A stretch of DNA of 63,798 nt, filler included, from Octopus bimaculoides (GCF_001194135.2; 3 parts of 3 records of this genome joined end to end with filler, not necessarily neighbours in it); one strand, 5' to 3'. Counted from the whole stretch's first letter, positions 1 to 12,268 are shown. Notes: a model not told the origin generated them from the letters alone. A program made the numbers and translations.

Positions 1-34
<34 letters not shown>

Positions 35-38
<4 letters not shown>

Positions 39-513
39 AAAATATAATGTGCTTTGAATGGCACAACAATTATCCATAATCTGATGTAATGATATTTTTG
101 AATACAAAAATTCCTTCTTCAGACATCGCTAGGAATTGTTTGAGTCACTGCTACAATCGGTTTTCCAATGGTTACTGAATTTTTTTTTTTCTGAAAGCGT
201 AACTGCAGTGGTCTCAGGAAGCTCCTTCTAGAATTCCTCATGAGAAGTGTTGGAGGGCAGCCTTGTTTCAAGCTCATGTGTGTTGGCAAATCCGCAGTGC
301 TACTTCAAAGTTAGGTATTATATGCTACCAGGAAAAAAAAAATCAGTAATTGTTGGAAAATCCATTGTAGCAGTGACTCAAATAGTTCCTGGCGATATCT
401 GAAGAAGGAAGTTTTGTATTAAAAAATATTATTATATCAGACTATGGACAATTAAATTATAACAGTTATTATAGTGCATTGTTGTGCCATTCAAGACGCA
501 TTATATTTTACAA
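35..513. mobile_element. Foldback/MITE-like non-autonomous DNA transposon with long imperfect TIRs
   Basis: 35-193 is the imperfect reverse complement of 329-513 (e.g. ttccttcttcagacatcgctagg / cctggcgatatctgaagaaggaa; outer tgtaaaatataatgtgctttgaatggcacaac / gttgtgccattcaagacgcattatattttaca). The right arm has an extra ~27 bp. Flanks are TA-rich and there is no ORF. Confidence 0.75.
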
Positions 514-649
514 ATTATATACAATGCTTCAAGCAAACTACAAAGCTCTCCTATATTTATATATATATATATATATACACACATACACAAACGTCCATAG
601 ATACATATACACAGATATATATATATATATATACATACATACATATATA

Positions 650-1005
650 TTGGACTGGAAGTGAGATCGTTGCCAGTGCCCCTGGACTGGCTCGTGTGCG
701 GGTGGCACATAAGATGCACCATTTTGAGCGTGGCCATTGCCAGTACTGCCTGACTGGCCTTCGTAGGATCTTCGAGCGAGATCGTTGCCAGTATCGCCTG
801 ACTGGCCTTCGTGCGGGTGACACGTAAAAGCACCTACTACACTCTCTGAGTGGTTGGCGTTAGGAAGGGCATCCAACAGTAGAAACTCTGCCAAATTTAG
901 ATTGGAGCCTGGTGTTGCCATCCGGTTTCACCAGTCCTCAGTCAAATCGTCCAACCTATGCTAGCATGGAAAGCGGACGTTAAATGATGATGATGATGAT
1001 GATGA
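650..1005 (+). mobile_element. 5'-truncated RTE-type LINE 3' UTR with (GAT)n tail
   Basis: Ends tggttggcgttaggaagggcatcc...gcatggaaagcggacgttaaa(tga)n. The same tail motif ends the RTE ORF2-bearing copy at 6430-7580. Confidence 0.75.
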
Positions 1006-1096
1006 TATATCCGGAATAAAAGACAGAGCTGATATTAATAGCAGATGCAGTATGACACTTTTGCTAGCTATTCAACAGGCAGAGAACTAGTAATAT

Positions 1097-1316
1097 ATTG
1101 GTTTCAAATTTTGGCACAAGGCCAGCAGTTTAGGGGTGGTGCTAATTTTAATGCTTCTGCCCCAGCCCTATCTGTGCTCAAATGGTGCTTATTTTATTGA
1201 CTCAGAAAGATGAAAGGAAAAGTTGACTTCAGTGGAATTTGAACTCAGAACATAAAAACAGATGAAATGGTACTAAGTATTTTGCTTGGCATTCTAACAA
1301 TTCTGCCAGTTCACCA
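1097..1316 (-). mobile_element. tRNA-derived SINE (family B; octopus OK/OR-like), diverged
   Basis: Minus strand reads gtggtgaactggcagaattgttagaatgcc...gttctgagttcaaattccactgaagtcaac (B-box-like) and ends gctggccttgtgccaaaatttgaaacc. A related head lies at 40770-40850. Confidence 0.6.
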
Positions 1317-3930
1317 CTTTGGGGAGCCAGTAAGATGTTGTAATGTCATACATTATGTGATGACAATGCCTGAATTTCAGAAGACTAGTGTGAAACCATG
1401 GAATGGAAGTAATCTCGGGTGATAAATATACTCAGATATTGTTCTAATTATAATGAATCCTCAAAAGCACAAATATGTATTTTAAGCTATCTGAACCATA
1501 AGAGCTAAAGCAGCTAAATACCTTTTGCCATTGACTGGAGAAAGAAATTAAATTATTTTTCTATGGAGTGGTCAACAAATTGCGGAATTTTCCATGAGGA
1601 GTCTCTTACTTCTTTTTTGATATGTGTAAGCATGGAAGGAATGTATCTGCATTCTTTTAAATTTTTCTTATAGTTATGCTTTCTAATATTCAAGTTTATA
1701 TTTATATTTATTGACACACACAAACACGTGTGTATATGTATTTATATATAAGAAAATGAGATGCCAAAGGAATAGGCAATTCATTTATTCCTTTGTCATC
1801 TCATTTTCTTATTACCATCCAACAAACACTTCATTCTGAAACACATATATATTGCATTCTAGACCAGGTTAATAGAGACACAATGCATAAGCAAAATATG
1901 CACGCACACACACAGCCACAGAGCCATATCGATAAAAGGCTTGTATTACAATCATAATTTTACAGGATTGATCTGACCTGTTGAGTCCTATGGGCAACAC
2001 AAGCCTTCATGAAGTGAAATTATGTAGAATGAAAGTATTAGTGGAATGCTCTCTAACACTAAAATTCAGTGGGTGTATAGTTCTGTCAACTCAACAAGTT
2101 GAACTGCCAGTCATCAACATCAGTATGAGTACCATCATGTATTATTTTCTGGTATAAAACATTGAAGTGTTCAATACAGCTTTGTGTTTGAAGTGCATAA
2201 AGTTTGATATGTTTATGCATGTTTAAGGTTAGCAGGATCACATTTCCAAACTGTGATTTTGCTCAGTCAGCTTTCTGGTCAACTGTACATATAGATTTGT
2301 AAATTGAAAAGTGACTGTAAACTGTATACATAGCAAATGACAATTGGTTGCCATTTCTAGTAAGCTGAGTCACCCTATAAATGCTTCCTTGGAGACACAT
2401 TGAATTTTATGCAGAATGGATTGGTTCACACAGCTAATTCAGAACAAGAGTTTTTAATAAAATAGAAAGGTTTGGCTGCTGTAGTTGAGTGCTGTTGTGT
2501 CATAATGTTTCATTTTCCAGGCTTGTATGTGGGTTTGAACAAAGAGCAGCAAACTAAGAAAACACGTATACATACTATTGATATAGTTCTTCCTTTCTTT
2601 ATTGCATTAAGCTTTATGTACACATGGTAACTATTTACAGTTAAGTAGAATGAGACATTGAGAATTATGTGTCATAGCTATACGCACAGCATATAGCTGA
2701 TGAGATATTACCAACCACTGCTTAGATAGTTTAATACTATATTAACTTTGCCATCAGCAACTTGTAAGTAAACATTATACAACTGAATGTAATGTTCAGC
2801 TCAGCTTATCTTTTATATTTGTTCTGTTTTCAAATATATTACAGTATGTGTTTTTATTCTTACAGTACTTATTCCTCAGGATCATTCGATAGATTCAATA
2901 GGATGAATTTCTTCATGATGCTAGCAAAATTTGTTGGCTTCTTTGTTAATACTTTGTTTTTGTGTGTTCTCACCAGAAACCTATACTTGACGGCAATATG
3001 CAGCACATGTGTATAGCGATCACTAGGTTGCTGCAATCATGTTGCAGTCCACATCACTATTACAACGGGTATTACAAAGTTTATTGCACCTATTTCTAAC
3101 ATGACACATTCTTTTGCTTATTAAGTTATTTGTTTAGTGTAAGTTTCACATAGCACAAGGGCAAGAAATGCAAGGCTCATGCAATACAATGTTCAAGTTC
3201 TGTCTTTAGTAATGTTTAATTAATTTGGCTCAATAAATAATTCAAATTTACTTTAATAATCTTTGCTTGATGTTAGCAATGTTTTAGCTTGTTGCTATCA
3301 TAATTTAATAGATTTCAAGTTCATTATTTTATGTTCTTGTATGTAAGTCAATGTATATTGCATCTTATGTGTAGAATTACTGCTGCATTTAAATTTGATT
3401 AAAAGTTGTATTAACAGTTTATTTCACCAAGACGTAATATATTTGATACATCAACAACTTACTTAATCACCCTTACCAAATTGTTCTAAAATGAACTGAA
3501 TTTTACTACTTCTGTGAGGTAGGAGATAAATAGGTTGTAGAAACATGATGCAGGTGAAAAATCTGACTTGAGTCTAATATATTTACCTTCAGTATTCTCT
3601 GAGTGATCTTTTGATTAGGCTTTTGTTATGTTAACTTCAGTTGATATTCCGTGTGAAACCAAGATGCCAGTTAATTGTGATTCACCAGCTGTGATACTCA
3701 CAACTAAATCAATATTTTCATTAAAGCAAAGATAATTACTTTACTAACGTTAGTTCAGTTTGTTACTATTTAATTTAATTCAAAGAATCCCAGTTTAGGT
3801 TATAAGACGAAGAATTGGTGACAAGAGTTTTCACAAACTGAATCATTTCCTATTAAACTGGAAGTCAAGTAATCCAACAAGTATTTTATGGACTTTCTTT
3901 CCCTAATAGGCAGTTGGATATTAATCAATA

Positions 3931-3933
<3 letters not shown>

Positions 3934-3975
<42 letters not shown>

Positions 3976-4070
3976 CACGTGCATGTGTGAGTCTCTCACT
4001 TTTTTCTTTTTTCTCTCTCTCTCTCTCTCTCTTTCACTAACTCTCTCGCTCGCTCTCTCTCTCTCTCGCT
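3934..4070. repeat. Compound (TG)n/(TC)n microsatellite
   Basis: Directly visible dinucleotide runs. Confidence 0.95.
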
Positions 4071-4599
4071 CTGTAGAAAAGTGTGCCCAAGCAATAACAA
4101 TTCAGTTTTTGACAAGTTGGGGTCAGATGATACCATCTGCAGTAACATTAAAGTTGACAGTTAATATTGCACAGAATTCAAATATAGAACTAAAAAGGAA
4201 TAAAATCAAATTAAACATTAAATGTGTCACAAGCTACAGAACAGAGTTGATTTCCTTATTTTGCTTCTTCACTATTTTAGTTTCCAATGTAACATTCGCA
4301 AATGCAAAAATTAAATACTAACTTAGGCCTTTCTATTTCAATCCTTTGGATTAATACAAATCAAGGAATACACATTTGATTTACAAATGTAAAATTCTTG
4401 GATAAAAGTCTTAACTGTTATTTATTTAAAGAAACAAAAAAGTAAACAAATAAATAAATGAACAAAATGTGATTGCTATGTCTGAAGACCTTTTAAACGA
4501 TCAGTGCTATTTTCAAAATGCAAAAACTAATTCAACTCTTTTGAGATGAAGATGACTGCACATTAAAATCTTACACACATTTATCTACGTGGAGTCATA

Positions 4600-4679
4600 A
4601 TTGTGTGGTTGACAACTGGGTTCAGTCCACAGCATAGTATCCAGGGTAAGTGTCTTCTACTACCAAAGCTTTGAGAATG
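4600..4679 (+). mobile_element. Degenerate SINE family A head fragment abutting a mariner TIR
   Basis: tgtgtggtt...gggttcagtcc...gggtaagtgtcttctacta matches the family A head seen at 12498 and 20204. Confidence 0.45.
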
Positions 4680-4681
4680 TA

Positions 4682-5613
4682 TGAGGTTATCCCATAAGTT
4701 CTGTCCGAATTTTGAATAAAGGAAACAAGTGATCAAATGTTATATTTAATTAAAATCTAATCATCAATGTACTTTCCCTGATTATCTATGACTTCCTTCC
4801 ATCTATTTACAAGCTTTTTAAACCCATCAATGTAAAACTCTTTTGGTTTCAAAGTGAAGAACTCTGAAATGTCAGTTTTGACCTCCTCCAGGCTTGCGAT
4901 AGTTATTTCCCCCAAATGATTCTGTAAACTACGAAACAAATGGTAGTCTGAAGGAGCAAGGTCAGGAGAATAAGGTGGATAAGGAATTTTTTTCCCAACC
5001 AAGCTCTTCGATCTTCTGTGATGTGGTCTTTGCAGTGTGGGGTCATGCATTGTCCTGATGAAACATCACACCTTTTCAATTCACTAAAGTGGGTTTTTTA
5101 CTTCAAAGCTTGGTTGAAACGCTCTAATTGCTGACAATAGACTTCAGCAGTGATTGTTGCATTAGGAGGTAACAATTCAAAGTGAATTATTCCTTTGCAA
5201 TCCCAACATATAGAGAGGAGAACCTTTTCCCATGAAGTTCCTTTCTTGGTTGTGGTTGAGTTTTTTCCCTTTTACCAAACTACAGTTTATGACATTTAAC
5301 ATTTCAATAGAAGATCCATTTTTCGTCACAAGTCTATCCAAAAAGGGTGAAATGAGTTTGAGAGAATGGTGAGAAGAGCAGATGTCAACTCAGGATTTGC
5401 GGTTTCTTTCGGACAATTCATGAGGCACCCATTTTCCAACTTTAGGAACCTTTCCAAGTTGTTGACGATGATGATGAACAGTAGGTTTGAACTAAGCTTT
5501 ATTGCCAATTCTTCAACTGATAATGCAGGATTTTCTTCAATTAATGCCTCAAGGAGCTTATCATCAAACTCAACTGGACATCTTGTTCGATCTTCATCTT
5601 CAAGCCTGAAATC
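4682..5613 (-). mobile_element. mariner transposase remnant, 5' end lost in gap
   Basis: Minus-strand peptides contain WVPHEL, FHQDNA and PYPPYSPDLAPSDYHLFRSLQNHL, with stops and frameshifts. A TIR-like tgaggttatcccataagttctgtccg follows TA at 4680-4681. Confidence 0.92.
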
Positions 5614-6429
5614 NNNNNNNNNNNNNNNNNNNNNNNNNNNNNNNNNNNNNNNNNNNNNNNNNNNNNNNNNNNNNNNNNNNNNNNNNNNNNNNNNNNNNNN
5701 NNNNNNNNNNNNNNNNNNNNNNNNNNNNNNNNNNNNNNNNNNNNNNNNNNNNNNNNNNNNNNNNNNNNNNNNNNNNNNNNNNNNNNNNNNNNNNNNNNNN
5801 NNNNNNNNNNNNNNNNNNNNNNNNNNNNNNNNNNNNNNNNNNNNNNNNNNNNNNNNNNNNNNNNNNNNNNNNNNNNNNNNNNNNNNNNNNNNNNNNNNNN
5901 NNNNNNNNNNNNNNNNNNNNNNNNNNNNNNNNNNNNNNNNNNNNNNNNNNNNNNNNNNNNNNNNNNNNNNNNNNNNNNNNNNNNNNNNNNNNNNNNNNNN
6001 NNNNNNNNNNNNNNNNNNNNNNNNNNNNNNNNNNNNNNNNNNNNNNNNNNNNNNNNNNNNNNNNNNNNNNNNNNNNNNNNNNNNNNNNNNNNNNNNNNNN
6101 NNNNNNNNNNNNNNNNNNNNNNNNNNNNNNNNNNNNNNNNNNNNNNNNNNNNNNNNNNNNNNNNNNNNNNNNNNNNNNNNNNNNNNNNNNNNNNNNNNNN
6201 NNNNNNNNNNNNNNNNNNNNNNNNNNNNNNNNNNNNNNNNNNNNNNNNNNNNNNNNNNNNNNNNNNNNNNNNNNNNNNNNNNNNNNNNNNNNNNNNNNNN
6301 NNNNNNNNNNNNNNNNNNNNNNNNNNNNNNNNNNATATATAATATAATATCTAGGTATGTATATTTTTCTTAATATAAGATATCTGTACATAACTTCAAA
6401 TATTCTATACACACACATATATATATAAG

Positions 6430-7580
6430 ATGTTTTCCGTGTATGGACACATAGGTGTAGTAATATCAGAGGAATGACAACAGGAAAAATAGTCTTTGTG
6501 TGTGGTAGATGTACAGGTACTACAAATGCATAGAAAATAGATTCTGTCAGATGTCAGGTTTGGAAACTAGAAGTAGTTGATAGCTTCCATTACCTAGGTG
6601 AGCAAGTCAAAAGTGGAGGTGGATGCTCTGAAAGCATAGCTGCTAGCATAAGAATAGGCTGGATAAAGTACAGAGAGCTTCCGGATCTGTTTGTAAGAAA
6701 GGGCCTCTCTCTCAGGATGAATAGCAGACTGTATGATGCCTGTATGTAAATAACCATGCTACCAAGCAGTGAAAAATGGGCTGTGACTGCAGAGGGAATG
6801 CAAAGGCCTGAAAGAAATGAAGCCAGTATGCTTCACTGGATGTGCAATGTCAGTGTGCACATATGACAGAGAAAAATTGTCTTGAGAGAAAAACTGAGCA
6901 TAAGTGGAATCAGATGTGATGTGCAAGAGAGACGAATGTGCTGGTATGGTCATGCAATGTATATGGATGAAGACAGTTGTGTATTGAAGTATCAAGCTCT
7001 AATTGTGGAGGGGACCTGTGGAAGAGGTAGTCCCAGGAAGACATGAGATGAGGTGGTGGAACATGATATCCGTTGGGCATAAAAGAGGTGATGACAAGTA
7101 GCCAAGACCTTTGGTGCTATGCTGTGCCTGGGAAGATTCATCAAGTCAAGTGAACTCACAATCATGGCTATCACCAGTGTCATGCGAATGGCACCTATGA
7201 AATCATAATCGTGGCCATTGCTGGTAGCATGTTCTTCAAATGTTGGGCAACAGCAAGTGACCAAGACATTTCATGACATGCTGTGCTTGTGCAGAATCGT
7301 CAAGCCAAGTGAAATCATAGTCTTGGTTGATGCCAGAGTTATGTAAATGGCACCCATGGAATTGTAGTCATGGTTGTTGCTGGTATCATGTAAATGGCAC
7401 CTGTGCTAGTCACACATAACAAGTAGCCATTACATTCTCAGAGTGGTTAGCATTTGGAAGGGCATCCATCCATAGAAACCATACTAAATCAGACCTCTGG
7501 CTTACCAGTTCCAGTCAAACCAATGCCAGTATGGAAAGTGGATGTTAAATGCTGCTGATGATGATGATGTTGATGATGAT
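6430..7580 (+). mobile_element. RTE-clade LINE, ORF2 C-terminus plus 3' UTR and (GAT)n tail, degraded
   Basis: Translates to KLEVVDSFHYLG...GLSLRMNSRLYDAC...ERRMCWYGHAMYM...GRGSPRKT with stops; ends ggaagggcatcc...atggaaagtggatgttaaa(tga)n. Confidence 0.88.
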
Positions 7581-7629
7581 ATATACACACATACAGATAG
7601 ATATGGACATATATGTATATGTGTGTGTT

Positions 7630-7842
7630 TTTGTGTTTGTGTGTTTCCCCACCCCATCTAGATAACTAGGGTTTGTTTGTTCACATACCTGTAACTTGGA
7701 ATTCCAGCAAAAGAGACTGGTAAAAGACGTATCAGTCTTTAAAGAAGTGAGTACTGGGGTTGATTCTTTTGACTAAAACCCTTCAGGGCAGTACCCCAGC
7801 ATGGCCATAATCCAGTAACTGAAACTAATAAAGGATGAAAGG
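7630..7842 (+). mobile_element. SINE family A tail half
   Basis: Follows a (TG) tract; gtaactt...cagcaaaagagact...ctggggttgatt...cagcatggcc...actgaaac matches the tails at 19760-19980 and 20650-20860. Confidence 0.6.
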
Positions 7843-7947
7843 CACACAAAATATCACAGCAGAAAGTGTAGGATCAGTAGGCTATTTTGGGTTTCAGGGG
7901 TTACAAAATGGTAACAAGAGAAAGTTACTGCTGCTATGAACACTTAA

Positions 7948-8635
7948 CCCTTTAGTATTCAGATTTCTCTGTCAAATTTAAAGCTTATTTATTAACAATC
8001 TTTTTAATTAATCCTACATTATCTCGTAGTTTCGATATTTCAATGAAGCAATTGTTTATTTTTAGAATGACATTACACTGTGTAACACAACGTTTGTCTT
8101 TGGGCAGCAACCGATAAGTATGAAAAATGGCTAATATATCCTTCAACCTTTGCTTTTGTTGCATTTATTCAAACCCCCAAAGAATTCATCTGAACACATG
8201 GCTATGATGCTCCCCTACTACTCCTGCTCATGATCAGAGATGCACATATTGTCAGTCATTTAGGGACATGTTCAAGTGTTTACGGTCAAGCTACTGATAA
8301 ACAAATCTGTAGTATTCAGCAGAATATTTGCTATAAAGATATTTCTGCTTTAGCAACTCAGTGCTGAATCTGTCTAAAACGTAATGGAAAATGGGTCAGT
8401 CTCAAAACATTCATGTCCAGGTCACAAAAGCAAAGTTTGAAGGGAGAAGTAGTCATTTCTTTTGATTTCTAGATAGCAGCAAATAAGAAATAATACTTAC
8501 TGACCAAATACAAAAAAAAAAAAATAATTTTTTTACAGCCTTATAACATAGATGTAAGAGGTCAAATCTATCTGGTTTGAACATAAAACAGGGAGAACAT
8601 TTGGGCCTGATATGGCTGATATAAATGCTAAAGGG
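7948..8635. mobile_element. piggyBac-type MITE with TTAA target duplication, with a probable nested repeat at ~8085-8380
   Basis: TTAA|CCCTTTAGTATT at 7944-7959 and AATGCTAAAGGG|TTAA at 8624-8639 are inverted termini beginning CCC after TTAA. Confidence 0.75.
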
Positions 8636-9169
8636 TTAATTTGAATTGGTACGGAGTAATAGTTCATTCAACAAAGTTAATTACAAAGAGATATAATTTA
8701 TATGAAAAAGGATTGTAAAAAAAATTTATATAAATTTTAGACTGGAAAAAAAAGCAAGACCATTGATTGAATGTGAAAGGTAGCATGTGCAGATTAGCTG
8801 AACACATTACAATTAGAGAGCAGGGATATAAATGAGGGTGAAATGACATTTGGAAAGCATTTGTGTGCGTAGCTTTGTGAATTTCCCTTAATGTCAATTA
8901 TATCATCAACTAATATAATTGGCATTGTCTCCTTTTTTTTCTGCTCATCAGTTCTCTTGAAAGTTGCATTAAACACAATTAGCTGCTATGATACTTTCGC
9001 TATCTTTGTGTATCATTAAAACAAAATTCTAAAAAGTGACAGATCACTGAGCAGAAATGTGTTTTATAAGCTTAACTGTCCATTCATAAATTGCACACAT
9101 GCACAAACACGTGTATAAACACATACAGGGTCTCATATTTATATGTATATACATAATTTGAATGTGTGT

Positions 9170-9330
9170 GCATGCAACCTAGTGGTTATGGTGTGTTGCA
9201 CACACAATCAGAAGATGAAGGTTTTGACTCCCAAAATAGCAGTGCATTGTGTTGTTGAACAAAACACTTCATTTCACATTGCTCCACTCCACTCAACTGT
9301 AAATGAATATGGGATAAGCTTGCTGAAGAC
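9170..9330 (+). mobile_element. Degenerate tRNA-derived SINE (family C)
   Basis: tagtggtta...ttgaacaaaacacttcatttcacattgctccactccactca resembles the better copy at 49777-50077. Confidence 0.45.
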
Positions 9331-9490
9331 TGGCATTACATTCAGGGTTAACGTTTGCCTACTCACTAAGTCAATGACGTGGCATAATTTAAAAATAGTT
9401 ACAACAATGTTTGATTCCTAGACTGGGTTGTGCCCTAACTGATGCCCTAACTAATGATCCAAATGAAATATATAGATGTATATGTGTATA

Positions 9491-10250
9491 CGAGGTGTGT
9501 TCAAAGATTATCTGACTTTATTTTGCCCTCAAAGATTAATATCGCATGGGTAAAATCATTTTGGTAGGAGGTGAGGGCACCCTTCTTGCGCATGTGTAAA
9601 AATGTTTGTACCAGTAGGCCACATCTATTCCTGGTTTTTAGACCTAGGGTACAAACTTGTAGTGCATGCTAAGTGGATTTTCATTTTCACAAAAGATGAC
9701 CAAATACAGTGGGCAGAGACCATAAACCCATGTCTTATTACCAATGATGATGATTTTCATGAAATCTGGGTCATGGTTTGCATAGTCCAGCATGTCCTGA
9801 GCAATTTCCATGCAAAGTTGTTTTTGCTGCTCCACCAGCAACTTGAGGGTGAATTTTTCCAACACTTTCTGCATACACAAATCTACTATCAGAATGGAAT
9901 GCACTGATCTTGTGCTTATTTCCACTTCATGAGCAATTTCCTGGGTTGTTACATGACAGTCTTCCATAACTACCCATTAAACCTTTTCAATCAGTTTCTC
10001 ATTTCAGCTTGTGAATGGCCTGCCTGAGTGAACTTCACTATCCTCTGAAGTTCAGTCATGTTTGAAGTAGTTATACCATGCTTTGATTATCACGAAAGGC
10101 CTGCAGAATCTCCTGGGTGGTTTGAACTTGAGTACCACCTAACTTTAAGAAATATATGCTGCAATGTCTCTACTTGATGTGTTCGGTGAAAGCGAAAATC
10201 TGACCAGTGTACATTATATGTCTGTACTCTAGGAATAACAACCAGAAACT
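9491..10250 (-). mobile_element. Internally deleted mariner remnant
   Basis: Minus-strand HTH and linker (SGRPFTS...VTTQEIAHEVEISTRSVHSIL...KFTLKLL...DPDFMKIIIIGNKTWVYG) run almost directly into a TIR-like ta|cgaggtgtgttcaaaga at 9489-9507. The C-terminal catalytic part is missing. Confidence 0.8.
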
Positions 10251-10576
10251 GATATGACCATACAACAAATTCTTTTTTTATTAACTTTATCTCAAGTTCT
10301 AGAGGCTCGATCACAATTATCAAATAGTGACTGAGACCAGCTCCATATTAGAAGGGGAGATAAATTCAAGAATGAAACGCACTCCAAAGGTGACATGGCT
10401 TTAAGGGAGAGGATAGGATTAATATATGGAGATAAGAAGACAGTTGCAAACATGCATTTCTGACTTAATAGGCTCTCAGCATCACTCTACATTGTCACAT
10501 GACCTATACATTCTGAATTCCATCTAAGCCAACCACTCGTATCTTGCTGCTCTTCCTTTCTATATCCTTTTAAATT

Positions 10577-10640
10577 AAGGTCACCAAACTATGGCCCATA
10601 GGTCGGATCTGGCCCACAAAGTCAGTTCATCCAGTCTGCC
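10577..10640 (+). mobile_element. hAT-type MITE terminal fragment
   Basis: aggtcaccaaactatggcccataggtcggatctggccc resembles the cagg..tccaaact..ggcccg.gggccggatc.ggccc terminus typical of hAT MITEs. Confidence 0.4.
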
Positions 10641-10850
10641 ACCACACTATACCTTTTGTGTATGTACCTACAATGAGAGTTAATTCTTGTAGTGATCATG
10701 CTTTACCTTCCATTGCTGTTGATTTTGAATATTTGCCCTTGTCTGAAATGGAATTTCTGATCCTTCTAACAGACTGGGGACACATTTATATACATGTATG
10801 TATATATGTATATTCATGCATAAATACATACATATATTGATGTATAAACT

Positions 10851-11532
10851 TTGACCATACTATACTGATGATCGAAAGTTACATATTATTATAATAATCG
10901 GGAAAGCGTTCAATGTATAGTTAAGTTTGTTTTTAAGAGGCCAATTTTTGAGAATTGCATTTTCGTCGCATTCAGTAAAGATGTGTTTATTATGGTAGTT
11001 TAGCATGAGGCATTATTCTATAGTAATGCCTTTATATAAATATAAATATATTCTCGGGATAATGATGGATTTTTCCCTTACGAGTTTTTTTTATGCTAGC
11101 AACTTGATAAAATTCTTGTAAAACATTTTTATCCTATTATTGAATTAATTAAATATATAACCGAAATATAGTCAGTGCTGAATTTTATTCCAGTATAAAC
11201 ACATGTACCGAAATGCAATTAAAAAAAAGCCCGCTTCTTACATGAGTGTATAGGGATGAACAATCTTCTATGTACGATAGTGGATACATGGGTGTTTGTT
11301 TTGGTATGTTGAATCTTTTGTTTATTCTTATACATTCTGACCATACTACACTGATGATCAAAAGTTACATATTGTAATAATCGGGAAATAGTTCAATATA
11401 TAGTTAAGTCTGTTTTTAAGAGGCCAATTTTTGAGAATTGCATTTTCCTCGCGATCGGTAAAAATGTGTTTATTATGGTAGCTTAGCGTGAGGCATTATT
11501 CTATAGTAATGCCCTTATATAAATATAAATAT
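10851..11532 (+). repeat. ~200-bp direct repeat pair (10851-11050, 11337-11532) flanking a ~285-bp spacer
   Basis: Both copies run tgaccatacta.actgatgatc.aaagttacatatt...aggcattattctatagtaatgcc.ttatataaatataaatata at high identity. Confidence 0.9.
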
Positions 11533-11547
11533 ATATGTGTATATATA

Positions 11548-11800
11548 TATATATATATATCATTACTATTTTGCAAAAGTGTCTTAAGTCCAAAACGGTG
11601 CTTTTTCAGAAAACGAAAAATAGTTTCACCATTTTATAGCAAAACCATTGTACTACAATTTGACAACTTTTGGATATCTTGGCATCTGAAACAGCTTGAG
11701 ATATGATAGTTTGTTCAAAAGAACCAGCTATTGCATGCAAAAATAAATATTGTAAAAATGGATATACGACAGTTTAACATAATAGCAACGATACATACAT
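11548..11800 (+). mobile_element. Unclassified interspersed repeat, microsatellite-flanked; inverted copy at 25680-25950
   Basis: Shared segments such as gatatcttggcatctgaaacagct, ctttttcagaaaac and acagtttaacata occur as reverse complements at 25680-25950. Confidence 0.75.
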
Positions 11801-12268
11801 ATATGTCTGTGTGTGTATGCATATGTATGTGTGTATGTATGTATATGTATGTATAAATGTATATGTATGTACATGTATGTATGTATATGTATGAATATAT
11901 ATGTATGTACATATCTGCATGTATGTATGTATGGATATGTATGAATATATATATATGTATGTATGTATGCATGTATATACATATACACATGCATATAAAT
12001 AAATGCATGTGTTTGTTTGTGTAATTTCAGTTATATCTTATTTATTGAAAGCTAAAGAAAATCATGTATTTCATTCAAATAAACTCTGCAAATACAGCTT
12101 ATCGTTTGTAATCAATACTAAAACTGAATATTTATCAGTTCTGGATTTTCCACAAGTGCTTTGTGTTCCAAAACACAAAGATTATATTGGATAATGCAAC
12201 TGTTGATACATGTAGAATGGTTATGTCTGGAACAAAATCAACCATACGTCTGCTTGGATACAACTAAC

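Noticed and set aside
474-921. Overlapping 60-130 aa ORFs
   Set aside because: They run through a (TA)n tract and the RTE 3' UTR; low-complexity YI repeats, no coding signal.
5366-6418. Long ORFs of 270-335 aa
   Set aside because: They consist mostly of N gap. The real signal is the mariner on the opposite strand.
8794-8976. ORF with IILVDDIIDIKG resembling a PRPP-binding motif
   Set aside because: The motif lacks the T-G-x-T tail, has no convincing splice sites and no surrounding fold.
10851-11532. TRIM/LTR retroelement
   Set aside because: The repeats do not end in CA, and no PBS, PPT or TSD is visible.
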